Source of the DNA: an uncultured Bacteroidales bacterium
Lineage (GTDB): Bacteria; Bacteroidota; Bacteroidia; Bacteroidales; UBA932
Reading direction: 5' to 3'
Assembly: GCA_900318445.1 (NCBI GenBank)
Contig: ONKO01000005.1
Location: 31,631 to 95,630, forward strand
Length of the DNA stretch: 64,000 bases
Shown here: piece by piece, positions 40,642-51,025 of the stretch
Position numbering within the stretch: the stretch's first letter is position 1
Layout of the letters: every line of letters starts with the position of its first letter
Program-made: the position numbers and the translations under genes
Notes under the pieces: model-generated
What the model was told of the DNA's origin: nothing
The model's database searches: none
Seen by the model: the letters and a program-made list of their open reading frames with translations, nothing else

Positions 40642-40757
40642 CCAGTAACGCGTTTTTCTCGGTTTTTCGCGTTACAGGTCCCGCTCAAGGGTGGGCAGTA
40701 ACGCGAAAAAGGGCCAAAAGTGCGTTACAGGGCGGGACTGAGCCTGGACCTGGTCCA
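40641..40757. repeat. 117-bp multi-hairpin repeat, right copy (inverted)
   Basis: Inverted copy of 39215-39331, starting at the miaA stop codon. Confidence 0.92.
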
Positions 40758-40761
40758 CCTT

Positions 40762-41682
40762 TTAATCCATACTCTGCTCCGTAATCACGGACAGGTAAAT
40801 CATGCGGGAATACTCTTCGGGGGAAAGGGAGGCGAAGAAGAAGTTGACGGGGTCGCAGACGCGGCCGCGGCGCCGGATCTCGAAGTGAAGGTGCGGCGCT
40901 GGAAGCGTGGGAGAAATGCCGACCGTTCCAATTTGCTGGTCCCGTTTTACGCGGCGTCCTTTCACCACCGACATTTCACCCATAAGGCAATACCTTGACA
41001 CATAGCCGTTTCCATGATCAATCTCCACGATGTTTCCAAGGCCTTTACGGGAGCGGACCACCTGCGAAACCACGCCGTCGGCCACGGCATAAACCGGGGC
41101 ACCCTGCGGAGCCACCAGGTCCAGGCCGTCATGCTGCACCTGCAGCTTGTACACGGGATTGTACTTCATGCCAACAGATGCACCCGTCTGCACATAGGAC
41201 ATGCCATGCAGCGGCAGCGACAGCGGCGGAACGCTGTCCCTCTCTTCCCGCAGGATACGGAAGACTTCCTCGAAATTGGCATCCACACTTCCGGCCATGA
41301 GCATCAGGGTGCCTGACGTAGAAGCCGCCGTGCTCAGGTAATAGGACTCCGTCAGGGAATCGGCGATAGCCACCATGCCGGCCGGCGAAACAGGGTCGGC
41401 CGATGGTACGGAAGTTTTGAACAGTCCCTTATAAATGTCGTTATCCCGTACGGAAAGCCCCTCGAGGACATCGGCAATCAGCCTTTCCTTCTGAACCATC
41501 TTGTCGTAGCGCTGCCGGTACAGACGATTTTCCCGCTGCAGCTGCCGTTCCTCGTCGGTGGAGAAAAACAGGGCGAACAGCACATACAGGGCAATGGCAA
41601 AACTCACCGTCGCCACCAAGTGACGGAAAACGATACCCAGGATGGTACGGAACTTTGACGTTTTACGCTTACTCTCTGACAT
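40762..41682 (-). CDS. M23 peptidase-family protein (degenerate site)
   Basis: N-terminal TM, HDGLD and HLH present, but RYCLM where the paralog has RYAHM. Confidence 0.8.
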   Translation of the reverse strand: MSESKRKTSKFRTILGIVFRHLVATVSFAIALYVLFALFFSTDEERQLQRENRLYRQRYDKMVQKERLIADVLEGLSVRDNDIYKGLFKTSVPSADPVSPAGMVAIADSLTESYYLSTAASTSGTLMLMAGSVDANFEEVFRILREERDSVPPLSLPLHGMSYVQTGASVGMKYNPVYKLQVQHDGLDLVAPQGAPVYAVADGVVSQVVRSRKGLGNIVEIDHGNGYVSRYCLMGEMSVVKGRRVKRDQQIGTVGISPTLPAPHLHFEIRRRGRVCDPVNFFFASLSPEEYSRMIYLSVITEQSMD

Positions 41683-42641
41683 TACTGTTCGGGTTTGCGG
41701 ACCATGTTGAAATAGTCCTGGGGAGAGATGTCCATATCCAGATACAGCGCAGGATTCTGATAATCCTTGCGGTACATAACCTCGTAGTGGAGGTGCGGGC
41801 CCGACGAGCGGCCGGTATTGCCGGTTGTGCCGATGCAGTCTCCGCGCCGCAGCTGCTGCCCCACGGAAACGTCAATGCGCGACATGTGGGCATAGCGTGT
41901 CCTGTAGCCGAATCCATGGTCTATCTCCACATGGAAGCCATAGCCCTTCTTGCGGTCAGTGGCCACCTTGACCACTACGCCGTCACCGGTAGCATAGATG
42001 GGATTGCCGGGTTTGCAGGCGAAGTCCATGCCGGTGTGCCGCTTGCTGGCGCCGGTGAAAGGGTCGGAGCGATAGCCGAAGCCGCTGGAGAGCCGATACG
42101 TGGACGGATCTGTATTGATGGGAGGAATGGCCGGAATGTGGGCGGCCATGTCACCTGCGCTTCGCTGCAGATGCGCCACTTCTTCAAAGGACTTGGACTG
42201 GATGAAAAGGCGCTTTTCAAGGACATCCAGGCGCTGGGTTACTTCGAGGAGCGACGTTCCCTTGAGGTCTTCGTAGCGGTTTTCTCCACCGAAACCGGCC
42301 TGCCGCACGTTCTGCGGGATTTCATCCATGCCGTAGACCGAGCGGTAAATGCGGTCGTCCCGGATTTCGAGCTGGCTGATGGCGTCTTCGTACTGGTCCA
42401 GCAGCTGACTCATCTGGTCTATACGGGTTTTCCACTCCGAGTTCTGGTAGCGAAGGACGGCCGTCTTGGGCAGGGTGAATCCCAGCACCGACGCATAGAC
42501 CCACATGTAGAGGATAAAGAGAACAAGGCCAAGCGAACCTACCAGCGGCAGGCTCCACCACTCTTTCTTGGGAGAGGACTGCCGCTCATAGGTGAGCGTC
42601 TCCGGGTCCAGGATATATTTGGGTTCTTCTTTCTTAGCCAC
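41682..42641 (-). CDS. M23 metallopeptidase
   Basis: HTGMD, RYAHM, GPHLHYEV; likely GTG start at 42641. Confidence 0.9.
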   Translation of the reverse strand: MAKKEEPKYILDPETLTYERQSSPKKEWWSLPLVGSLGLVLFILYMWVYASVLGFTLPKTAVLRYQNSEWKTRIDQMSQLLDQYEDAISQLEIRDDRIYRSVYGMDEIPQNVRQAGFGGENRYEDLKGTSLLEVTQRLDVLEKRLFIQSKSFEEVAHLQRSAGDMAAHIPAIPPINTDPSTYRLSSGFGYRSDPFTGASKRHTGMDFACKPGNPIYATGDGVVVKVATDRKKGYGFHVEIDHGFGYRTRYAHMSRIDVSVGQQLRRGDCIGTTGNTGRSSGPHLHYEVMYRKDYQNPALYLDMDISPQDYFNMVRKPEQ

Positions 42642-42758
42642 GTCTCGCAAAGGTAATCATTTTTTGCGAACCACGTGTCCATATGCACAATCTGTGCCCC
42701 CGGCAAGGAAAATCAGTTAAAAATGCTTAAATTTGCAGGCTATATTTAAATTGTATAT

Positions 42759-45371
42759 ATGACATCTAAAGAGATTCGCCAGAAGTACCTGGATTTCTTC
42801 GCTTCCAAGGGCCACACCATAGTGCCGTCGGCCCCCATGGTCATCAAGAACGACCCCACGCTCATGTTCACCAATGCGGGCATGAACCAGTTCAAGGATA
42901 TTTTCCTGGGCAACAGCGCCCCCAAGTTCCCCCGCGCCGCCGACAGCCAGAAGTGCCTTCGCGTGAGCGGCAAGCACAACGACCTCGAGGCCGTGGGCCA
43001 CGACGGCCGTCACCACACCATGTTCGAGATGCTGGGCAACTGGAGCTTCGGAGACTACTTCAAGGCCGAGGCCATCGATTGGGCCTGGGAACTCCTCACC
43101 GAGGTATACAAGATTGACAAGACCAAGCTGTACGCCACCGTATTCGAGGGCAGCGAAGAAGACGGAACCGCCCTGGACACCGAGGCGCAGGCCGCCTGGC
43201 TGAAGCACCTGCCGGCCGACCACGTCCTCACCGGCAACAAGCACGACAACTTCTGGGAAATGGGAGACACCGGCCCCTGCGGTCCCTGCTCCGAGATTCA
43301 CATAGACCTTCGCAGCGACGAGGAAATCGCCAAGGTTCCCGGCCGCGAGCTGGTGAACACCGACAACGACGAGGTTATCGAAATCTGGAACCTCGTGTTC
43401 ATGCAGTACGAGCGCAAGGCCGATGGCCACCTGGAGTCCCTCCCCGCCAAGAACATTGACACGGGCATGGGCTTCGAGCGTCTTTGCATGATTCTCCAGA
43501 ACAAGAAGAGCAACTACGAGACCGACGTCTTCTCCGGCCTCATCGGCCAGGTGGAAACCTTCAGCGGCCACAAATACGAAGAGGGCGGCAACGTCCAGGT
43601 GGCCATGCGCGTGATCGCCGACCACATCCGCGCCATCGCCTTCTCCATCGCCGACGGCCAGCTGCCTTCCAACGTGAAGGCCGGTTACGTGATTCGCCGT
43701 ATCCTGCGCCGCGCCGTCCGCTACGGATACACCTTCCTGGGCTTCACCGAGCCCTTCCTGTGCCGCCTCATCCCCCAGCTGGTAGCCGATATGGGAGAAG
43801 CCTATCCGGAGCTCAAAGCCCAGCAGAAGCTCATCACCAGCGTCATCAAGGAGGAAGAAAACGCCTTCCTGCGCACGCTGGAGCGCGGCATCCGCATGCT
43901 GGAAGACAACATGGCCAAGAACGCCGCCACCAAGGTGGTCTCCGGTACCGACGCCTTCGTGCTGTATGACACCTACGGATTCCCCATCGACCTTACCGAG
44001 CTCATCGCGGCCGAGAAAGGCTACACCGTAGACATCAAAGGCTTCAACGTGGAGCTGGGCAAGCAGAAGGAGCGCGCCCGCAACGCCACCGCCAACGAAT
44101 TCGGCGACTGGATGGTATTCCAGGAGGCCGATGTCGTCTTCGAAGGCTATGACACCCTCCGCGTGGAAGGTGCACGCCTCCTGAAGCAGCGTACCGTAAA
44201 ACAGAAAAACAAGGAATACTTCCAGCTGGTGTTTGACCACACGCCCTTCTACGCAGAGATGGGCGGCCAGGTTGGCGATACCGGTTATATCGAGGGCGAG
44301 AACGGAGAACGCATCCAGATCCTCAACACCGTGAAGGAGAACAACCTCACCATCCACCTGGCCGAGCGTCTTCCTTCGCACAGCACACAGGCCTTCACCC
44401 TGGTGGTGGACAATGTGCGCCGCCGCCATATCCAGAACAACCACACCTGCACCCACCTGCTGCACCAGGCCCTCCGCGTAGTGCTGGGCACCCACGTGGA
44501 GCAGAAGGGTTCCTTCGTGGGACCGGACTACTTCCGCTTTGACTTCTCCCACTTCCAGAAGATGACCGACGAAGAGCTCCGCACCGTGGAAATCCGCGTG
44601 AACCAGCTCATCCGCTCCGACTTCCCGCTCGTCGAGAAGCGTGACGCCACCATGGAGGAAGCCCGCAAGATGGGCGCCATGGCCCTGTTCGGCGAGAAGT
44701 ACGGAGACGTGGTCCGCGTGGTCCGCTTCGGAGACTCCGTCGAGCTCTGCGGCGGCACCCACACGCCCCGCACCGGCACCATCGGCCTGTTCAAGATTGT
44801 GTCCGAGAGCGCCGTGGCCGCCGGCGTACGCCGCATCGAGGCCGTCACGGGCGCCCAGGCCGTGGAGAACATCCACCACATGGAAGACCTCCTGAAGACC
44901 GTAAAGAATATCTTCAACAACGCCCCGGACCTCACCGGCGCTATCGAGAAACTGGTTGCCGAGCACGCCGAGGCCCGCAAGCAACTGGAGGCCGTAGCAG
45001 GCGAGAAGGCTGCCGCCCTCGCCGCCAAACTGGAGGCCGAGGCCCAGGAGGTGAACGGCGTGAAGCTGGTCAAGTTCGACCACTCCATGGACCCCGCCAT
45101 CGTGCGCAACGTGGCCCTGCTTTTGCAGAAGAAGGTCCAGAAATTCGTGCTGGCCGGTGCCTTTGCCTTTGACGGAAAGCCCAACCTGGTGCTCCTGTAC
45201 TCCAACGACCTTGTAGCAGCAGGCAAAAACGCAGGCAAGGACATCCGCGAGGCCGCCAAGTTCATCCAGGGCGGCGGCGGCGGACAGCCCGGACTTGCAA
45301 CGGCCGGCGGCCGCAACCTCGAAGGCCTCTCCGAGGCACTTGAAAAACTTGTAAGCATCGCATCGGCATAA
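42759..45371 (+). CDS. alaS: alanine--tRNA ligase
   Basis: [45 protein letters not shown]. Confidence 0.98.
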   Translation: MTSKEIRQKYLDFFASKGHTIVPSAPMVIKNDPTLMFTNAGMNQFKDIFLGNSAPKFPRAADSQKCLRVSGKHNDLEAVGHDGRHHTMFEMLGNWSFGDYFKAEAIDWAWELLTEVYKIDKTKLYATVFEGSEEDGTALDTEAQAAWLKHLPADHVLTGNKHDNFWEMGDTGPCGPCSEIHIDLRSDEEIAKVPGRELVNTDNDEVIEIWNLVFMQYERKADGHLESLPAKNIDTGMGFERLCMILQNKKSNYETDVFSGLIGQVETFSGHKYEEGGNVQVAMRVIADHIRAIAFSIADGQLPSNVKAGYVIRRILRRAVRYGYTFLGFTEPFLCRLIPQLVADMGEAYPELKAQQKLITSVIKEEENAFLRTLERGIRMLEDNMAKNAATKVVSGTDAFVLYDTYGFPIDLTELIAAEKGYTVDIKGFNVELGKQKERARNATANEFGDWMVFQEADVVFEGYDTLRVEGARLLKQRTVKQKNKEYFQLVFDHTPFYAEMGGQVGDTGYIEGENGERIQILNTVKENNLTIHLAERLPSHSTQAFTLVVDNVRRRHIQNNHTCTHLLHQALRVVLGTHVEQKGSFVGPDYFRFDFSHFQKMTDEELRTVEIRVNQLIRSDFPLVEKRDATMEEARKMGAMALFGEKYGDVVRVVRFGDSVELCGGTHTPRTGTIGLFKIVSESAVAAGVRRIEAVTGAQAVENIHHMEDLLKTVKNIFNNAPDLTGAIEKLVAEHAEARKQLEAVAGEKAAALAAKLEAEAQEVNGVKLVKFDHSMDPAIVRNVALLLQKKVQKFVLAGAFAFDGKPNLVLLYSNDLVAAGKNAGKDIREAAKFIQGGGGGQPGLATAGGRNLEGLSEALEKLVSIASA

Positions 45372-47819
45372 TTGAAAAAGCTTGACCAGTTCCTGCTCAA
45401 ATCGTTTGTGGGTCCGTTTTTCGCGATCCTCGCGATTGTCACGTTCATACTGGTCATGCAGTTTCTCTGGCTGTACATTGACGAACTGGTGGGAAAAGGC
45501 CTGGAATTCAAGGTAATCCTTGAGTTCCTCATGTGGGGCAGCTGTCAGACGCTGCCCATGGCCATCCCGCTGGCTACCCTCCTCAGTGCCATGATGACGC
45601 TGGGAGACATGGGTGAGAAGTTCGAGCTCACGGCCATGAAGGCCTCGGGCATCTCCCTCGCCCGTATCCTGGCTCCCATGACGGTGGTCGCCGTCCTCAT
45701 CTGCGTAGGTGCTTTCTACGTGGGAGACCGGCTGGTCCCCTACTCCATCAACCAGATCTACACCATGCGCGACGACATCGGCCGCACCAAGAGTGAGATC
45801 AAAATCCCCACCGGTACCTTCTACGACGGTATCGAGGGATACATCCTCCGGGTGGAGCGCCGGGACAAGAAGACGGGCATGATGTACAACATCCAGGTGT
45901 ACGACCACACCACAGGCAAGGGAAACACCCGCCTCACGGTAGCCGACAGCGGCATCATCCGCATGTCCAAGGCCAAGGACTACCTCACCTTCCAGTTGTT
46001 TGACGGCATCAACTACCAGGAAGAGAACCGGCGCAGGTACAGGGACACATCCCTGGCCCTGCAGCGCATCCAGTTCCACAGCCAGGAAATGGTGATCCAG
46101 CTGGAGAACTACGCCTTCCACCACTCCGACAGTGCCCGCTACGGCGAACAGGTCCGTTCCATGAACCTCGCGTCCCTGCGGCATGGCTACGACTCCCTCA
46201 GCAATCTGGAGCACCAGGGCACGCTCAAGCACGTTCGCGAGTTCAGCCATCAGAGCTATATCGGCTACCGGGAGCAGCTGGACACGACGTGGCGGCAGAA
46301 AGAGGAGCGTCCCCGCCTGGAGGGTCCCGGGGAGAGCCGATGGAAAAGCCTTCAGGACAAGAAACGCGGCCTGGAAAAAGCGGCGGCCAATGCCCGGCAG
46401 TATGAGAGCCTGGCCCGCGGTCAAACGATGGAAGCCTACGACTACACGCGCCTTATCTACCGGACCGACGTCGAAATCTGGAAAAAGTACGCGCAGGCGC
46501 TGGCCTGTCTGCTGCTGTTTTTCATCGGCGCGCCGGTGGGTGCGCTCCTGAAAAAGGGCGGTCTGGGGGCGCCGGCGGTCATTTCCATGCTGTTCTTCGT
46601 GCTGTACTGGGTCATTGACATTACCGGCGAACGCCTGGCCAACAATGGTGCCACCACCGCTTTCGTGGGCAAGTTCATATCGGCCTTCGTACTGGGGCCC
46701 ATCGGCGCGTTCCTTACCGTGAAGGCGGTCAAGGATGCCAGCCTGTTCAACCTGGACGGCGGCAAAATCTGGTTCCGTAAGATCAAGAGTAAATTCTTCC
46801 GTATGTTCAGAAAGACACGTATCGTATATATGGGAACGCCCGAGTTCTCCGTAGGTCCACTGGATGCCCTCATGCAGAGCGGATTCAAGGTAGTGGGCGT
46901 TGTCACCGTCCCCGACAAGCCCAGCGGCCGCGGCCTCAAGATGAATGAGAGCGCCGTCAAGAAGTACGCTGTAGAGAAGGGGCTTCCGCTGCTGCAGCCG
47001 GAGAAACTCAAGGACGAACAGTTCCTCAAGGATTTGGCGGCATGGAAGGCCGACCTCTTTGTGGTGGTGGGCTTCCGCATGCTGCCGGAGGTAGTCTGGA
47101 GCATGCCCAAGCTGGGAACGTTCAACCTGCACGCCGCCCTGCTGCCGCAGTACCGCGGCGCCGCCCCCATCAACTGGGCCGTGATCAACGGCGAAAACAT
47201 CACCGGTGTCACTACTTTCATGATTGACAAGAAGATCGATACGGGCGGCATCATCCTCCGTACCGAATGCCATATCGAGCCCACCGACACGGCCGGAGAC
47301 GTCCACGACAAGCTCATGGAACTGGGCTCCCAGCTGGTGCTGGAAACCGTGGAAGGCCTTGTCCAGAAGAATGTGGAACTGCGTGTCCAGCGCAGCTTCA
47401 TCCAGGGCTCCGAGCTCCTCAAGCCCGCCCCGAAGCTCACGCGCGAACTCCAGCACATTGACTGGAACGACACCACCCGCCACATCTACAACCTCATCCG
47501 CGGCCTGTCTCCGTTCCCCTGCGCTTTCACGGAGTTAGTAACAGGTGAGGCAGCTCCTGTCCAGCTCAAGATCTACTTCGGGGAAATGCGCACGGACCTC
47601 CATGCCACGCCCGGAACCGTTCTCAGTGACGGAAAGACCTACCTGGCCATTGCCACCGAGGACGGCGCTATTGCCATCACAGACCTGCAGCTCGCCGGCA
47701 AGAAGCGCATGGACGTCAAGTCCTTCCTCCTGGGCTTCCGCAATCCTACTTCCTATGTAGCCACCCAGGGCACTTCCAAAGCCGAGATGGCCAAGGCCCA
47801 GCCTGTAGAGGATGAATAG
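45372..47819 (+). CDS. fused LptF/LptG permease - methionyl-tRNA formyltransferase
   Basis: N-terminal YjgP/Q motifs (QFLWLYIDELVGKGL, ELTAMKASGISL, FFIGAPVG) continue without a stop into Fmt (YMGTPEF, PDKPSGRG, NLHAALLPQYRGAAPINW). Confidence 0.85.
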   Translation: MKKLDQFLLKSFVGPFFAILAIVTFILVMQFLWLYIDELVGKGLEFKVILEFLMWGSCQTLPMAIPLATLLSAMMTLGDMGEKFELTAMKASGISLARILAPMTVVAVLICVGAFYVGDRLVPYSINQIYTMRDDIGRTKSEIKIPTGTFYDGIEGYILRVERRDKKTGMMYNIQVYDHTTGKGNTRLTVADSGIIRMSKAKDYLTFQLFDGINYQEENRRRYRDTSLALQRIQFHSQEMVIQLENYAFHHSDSARYGEQVRSMNLASLRHGYDSLSNLEHQGTLKHVREFSHQSYIGYREQLDTTWRQKEERPRLEGPGESRWKSLQDKKRGLEKAAANARQYESLARGQTMEAYDYTRLIYRTDVEIWKKYAQALACLLLFFIGAPVGALLKKGGLGAPAVISMLFFVLYWVIDITGERLANNGATTAFVGKFISAFVLGPIGAFLTVKAVKDASLFNLDGGKIWFRKIKSKFFRMFRKTRIVYMGTPEFSVGPLDALMQSGFKVVGVVTVPDKPSGRGLKMNESAVKKYAVEKGLPLLQPEKLKDEQFLKDLAAWKADLFVVVGFRMLPEVVWSMPKLGTFNLHAALLPQYRGAAPINWAVINGENITGVTTFMIDKKIDTGGIILRTECHIEPTDTAGDVHDKLMELGSQLVLETVEGLVQKNVELRVQRSFIQGSELLKPAPKLTRELQHIDWNDTTRHIYNLIRGLSPFPCAFTELVTGEAAPVQLKIYFGEMRTDLHATPGTVLSDGKTYLAIATEDGAIAITDLQLAGKKRMDVKSFLLGFRNPTSYVATQGTSKAEMAKAQPVEDE

Positions 47820-48453
47820 CATCGTCATACTGTGTAACGGAGCGTTCCCCACGCAGCCCTATCCACTGTATCTGCTGGATTCGGCCGAGGGCGTGGTGTG
47901 CTGCGACGGTGCCCTTGTGAAATGGCTGGAGCATACGCCATCGGCCCGTCCGCTCATGGTGGTGGGAGACATGGATTCTCTCCCCCAGGAGCTCCAGGAG
48001 CGTTTTGCCTCCACGCTGTTCCACGAGACCGAACAGGACTACAACGACCTCACCAAGGCCATGCGGTGGGTGCTCCGCGAGCATCCGGAAGTGTCCGAGA
48101 TTACCATCTTGGGCGCAACGGGGCTGCGGGAAGACCACACCATCGGCAACCTGGGACTTCTCATGGAATATACACGCATGTTCGAGCTGGGAGAGCGCAA
48201 GGTGTCCATGGTCTCCGACTACGGCACCGCTTTCGCCATCACCGACTCCTGCGACCTTCATCTGGGCGAAGGACGGCGCTTCTCTCTCTTCTGCGCCGAC
48301 AATTCCGTCCACATCTCGTCCGAAGGGCTGGTATGGCCCACGGACGGGGTTGTCTTCGACGCCTGGTGGAAAGCTACGCTCAACCGGACATCGGCCCCCA
48401 TCGTTTCCCTGCACTTCTCGCATCCGGCGCCGGCGCTGGTGATGGTGGACTAA
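47812..48453 (+). CDS. thiN: thiamine diphosphokinase
   Basis: CCDGA, VGDMDS, QDYNDLTKA, GATGLREDHTIGN. Confidence 0.9.
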   Translation: MNSIVILCNGAFPTQPYPLYLLDSAEGVVCCDGALVKWLEHTPSARPLMVVGDMDSLPQELQERFASTLFHETEQDYNDLTKAMRWVLREHPEVSEITILGATGLREDHTIGNLGLLMEYTRMFELGERKVSMVSDYGTAFAITDSCDLHLGEGRRFSLFCADNSVHISSEGLVWPTDGVVFDAWWKATLNRTSAPIVSLHFSHPAPALVMVD

Positions 48454-48457
48454 GGCC

Positions 48458-48567
48458 CCGTTTTTGCTAACGCCCTCATTATCAGCCGATAATAAAATCT
48501 CCTCCGGGCGAAAACGACCGGAGGAGATTGTGTAAAATGCTGATAGTTAGAACGTTAACAAAAACGG
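48458..48567. repeat. 90-bp element, core type B (48468-48557), with 9-bp outer inverted repeats
   Basis: CCGTTTTTGc TAAcgcccTCATTATCAgccgaTAA + core AATCTCCTCCGG-GCGAAAACGA-CCGGAGGAGATT + TAAaatgcTGATAGTTAgaacgTTA aCAAAAACGG. Confidence 0.88.
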
Positions 48568-48655
48568 ATATTGCATGCATCCTATTTGATTTGTACTTAT
48601 GGCAAAACTATGCTACATTTGTAGCAAGTGAAACCAGTTTTTTAAGTATTATACC

Positions 48656-49537
48656 ATGAGATTAATTGCTAAATTCTCGCTCGTTCTGGTAGCTTTTATG
48701 ATGACTGCCCCAATTTGCATGACTGCACAAGACAAGACCATTAAAAGGAAAGTTGCCATTGGACGTTTCTCCAATGAAACGCAGTATGCTAAAGGTCTGT
48801 TCTATGACAAAGATAACGATCCTATGCGTAAGCAGGCACTCGACATCTTGTCTTCCAAACTTGCATTAAGTGGTAAGTTTATACTCCTTGAGAGGGATGA
48901 TCTCGATGTCCTGGTTGCAGAGGCTGGTGATGGTATGAACAAGATTGGCGCAGACTACATAATTCTTGGCTCCATCACGGAGTACGGCCGTAAAGCAGAA
49001 GGGCAGCAAAAAGTTTTCTCTTCTACTAAGACTCAGACTGTTGAGGCAGGAGTAAGCATTCGGCTGGTAGAAGCATCCACTGGTCTTATCATTTATTCCG
49101 ACGAGGCGAAGGGCTTTGCTGAAACGTCCACTAAACAGACGCTGGGAATTGGTGGCACTGCCGGATTTGACGCGACCCTCAGCGATAAAGCTATCTCCGC
49201 TGCGCTCAGCCAGCTTGTGGAGAATATTATCAATAAGTGCATGGATAAGCCCTGGCGCTCTTATATTCTCTCTGTAGAAGATGGAACCTATATTATTTCC
49301 GGGGGCGCGTCTCAGGGACTTGCTGCCGGTGATGTTTTCAACGTATACAAGAAAGGAAAGACAGTAAAGAACCCTCAGACAGGGTTTAATATTGAGTTGC
49401 CCGGCCAGAAAATAGGGATGGTGACGGTTGTCTCAACATACGGAGAGACTCCTGAGACAGAAATCTCTTTCTGCACATACGAAGGAGCCGGTTTTGACAT
49501 AAACAACCTCTCTGAAATATACATATCTGATAAATAA
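48656..49537 (+). CDS. CsgG/HfaB-family protein with FlgT-like C-terminal domain
   Basis: KVAIGRFSNETQY, FILLERDDL, GADYIILGSITEYG, KNPQTG; AT-richer than its neighbours. Confidence 0.75.
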   Translation: MRLIAKFSLVLVAFMMTAPICMTAQDKTIKRKVAIGRFSNETQYAKGLFYDKDNDPMRKQALDILSSKLALSGKFILLERDDLDVLVAEAGDGMNKIGADYIILGSITEYGRKAEGQQKVFSSTKTQTVEAGVSIRLVEASTGLIIYSDEAKGFAETSTKQTLGIGGTAGFDATLSDKAISAALSQLVENIINKCMDKPWRSYILSVEDGTYIISGGASQGLAAGDVFNVYKKGKTVKNPQTGFNIELPGQKIGMVTVVSTYGETPETEISFCTYEGAGFDINNLSEIYISDK

Positions 49538-49540
49538 TTC

Positions 49541-49885
49541 ATGTCTATGAGAAAATTTATATTATCCTTCCTGGGCGCCATCATTATAACGTCTTGTGGA
49601 GTGGGCTCCTATTCCGTCTCCTCTGGAAAAGCAGATGAGGCGATGGTTTCATTTGTCAGCTCCCAAGAAATTGCTATCTCTGTAACTATTGATGGCGAGA
49701 ATTACAGTCTCGTCAGTGTTAAGGCCGATGCCTGGAAAAAAGACAGAAACATCAAAAAGACCGCAAAGAATACCATTTACATTGCACCAGGACAGCATGA
49801 AGTGGCGGTCCAGATAGAAGGAAAGGAAGTTTGTCATAAGAAGATTTTTGTTTCGACACAGGAACACAAAATTATTGAACTATGA
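49541..49885 (+). CDS. small lipoprotein, unknown function
   Basis: Lipobox ITSC; within the csgG operon. Confidence 0.65.
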   Translation: MSMRKFILSFLGAIIITSCGVGSYSVSSGKADEAMVSFVSSQEIAISVTIDGENYSLVSVKADAWKKDRNIKKTAKNTIYIAPGQHEVAVQIEGKEVCHKKIFVSTQEHKIIEL

Positions 49886-50320
49886 GAAGATTGATTGTCC
49901 TTGCTGCGGCTGCCTTGCTGTTGTCTTCTTGCGGCGTTAGTTCCTTATACTATTGGGGCGGTACGCAGAGTGGGGCTACCGCCTATGAGAATTTGGCTTA
50001 TCAGTCTTATGACAAACAGACGCCCAAAAGTCTTTGCAAACTGGTAGCGCTTTATGAGAAAATGGTAACCAAGCCTGGCGGCCTCCGTCAGGTCCCTCCT
50101 CCCGGTATTTGTGCCGAATACGGATACCCTTTTACTCCAGGGAGAAACTGCCGTTGTCTTTGCTGAGAATGCATCGGCCAGTGAAAAGCAGTTGTTCAAA
50201 ACGGATGATTACGGTGCCTTCTTTGCAGCGAGAGGCAAGGAGATGCTAGAAAAGGAGATGGAGTATTATCCCGAGTCCGTTAAGTTTATCCAACCACTTA
50301 TTAAAAAACTGACGAAGTAG
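49882..50320 (+). pseudogene. DUF4810-like lipoprotein split by a single-base frameshift
   Basis: LLSSC, LYYWG, VPPPGICAEYGY, then continues in the +1 frame as LLLQGE...EMEYYPESVKFI; extra C in TACCCTTTTA (50124-50133). Confidence 0.7.
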
Positions 50321-50321
50321 C

Positions 50322-50996
50322 ATGAAGAGACTTTTATATATTTGCCTGCTGGCAGTTATTGTCAGTTCATGCGGCCTTACGAGCCGTCTCTCTCGCGAGA
50401 CCCAATATGCATCCATGTACGAGAACATGCCTACGACAGTTCTTGTAATGCCTCCCATCAATAACACTACTCACGTAGAAGCGAAGGACTTGCTTTATAC
50501 TTCAATCAGCCGACCGCTTGCGGAGGCTGGCTATTATGTCATCTCTCCTCTGTTGGCAATGGATATACTTAAATCCGAAAGTGCATACGATTCCGAACTA
50601 TTTATCGATAAACCTTTAACGGCGTTCCGCGATTTCTTTGGAGCCGATGCCGTGGTGTTCTCTCAGATTGATGACTGGACTAAACGCGGTTTCGGCATAG
50701 ATACGAAGATTCGGTATATAATCAAGTCGGCTATCTCCAATGAGGTGATCTTTGACAGAACCTGCAATTTACATCTGGATCTTTCCGTAAACTCTGGTAA
50801 TAGTGGCGCAATTGCAGCACTCATTGAACTGGCGGCATCGGCCATCGTTACGGCAACTACCGACCACATTGTGGCTGCCAGAAAGGCAAATTACTATATC
50901 TTCCGAGATATTCCTCGCGGGAAGTATAGTCCGGACTACCTCAAAGACCAAGGTGTGCTGGTAGATGCTAAGGACATTACCGTCACTGTGAAATAA
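50322..50996 (+). CDS. DUF799/GNA1162-family lipoprotein
   Basis: VSSC lipobox, LVMPPIN, PLAEAGYYV, FGADAV, IPRGKYSPDY. Confidence 0.78.
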   Translation: MKRLLYICLLAVIVSSCGLTSRLSRETQYASMYENMPTTVLVMPPINNTTHVEAKDLLYTSISRPLAEAGYYVISPLLAMDILKSESAYDSELFIDKPLTAFRDFFGADAVVFSQIDDWTKRGFGIDTKIRYIIKSAISNEVIFDRTCNLHLDLSVNSGNSGAIAALIELAASAIVTATTDHIVAARKANYYIFRDIPRGKYSPDYLKDQGVLVDAKDITVTVK

Positions 50997-51025
50997 AAAG
51001 ACAGGCCCCATCGGCCCACCCCCGC

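Noticed and set aside
42717-47483. 1588-aa minus-strand ORF
   Set aside because: Antisense shadow of alaS and lptF-fmt caused by biased codon usage; no recognisable motifs.
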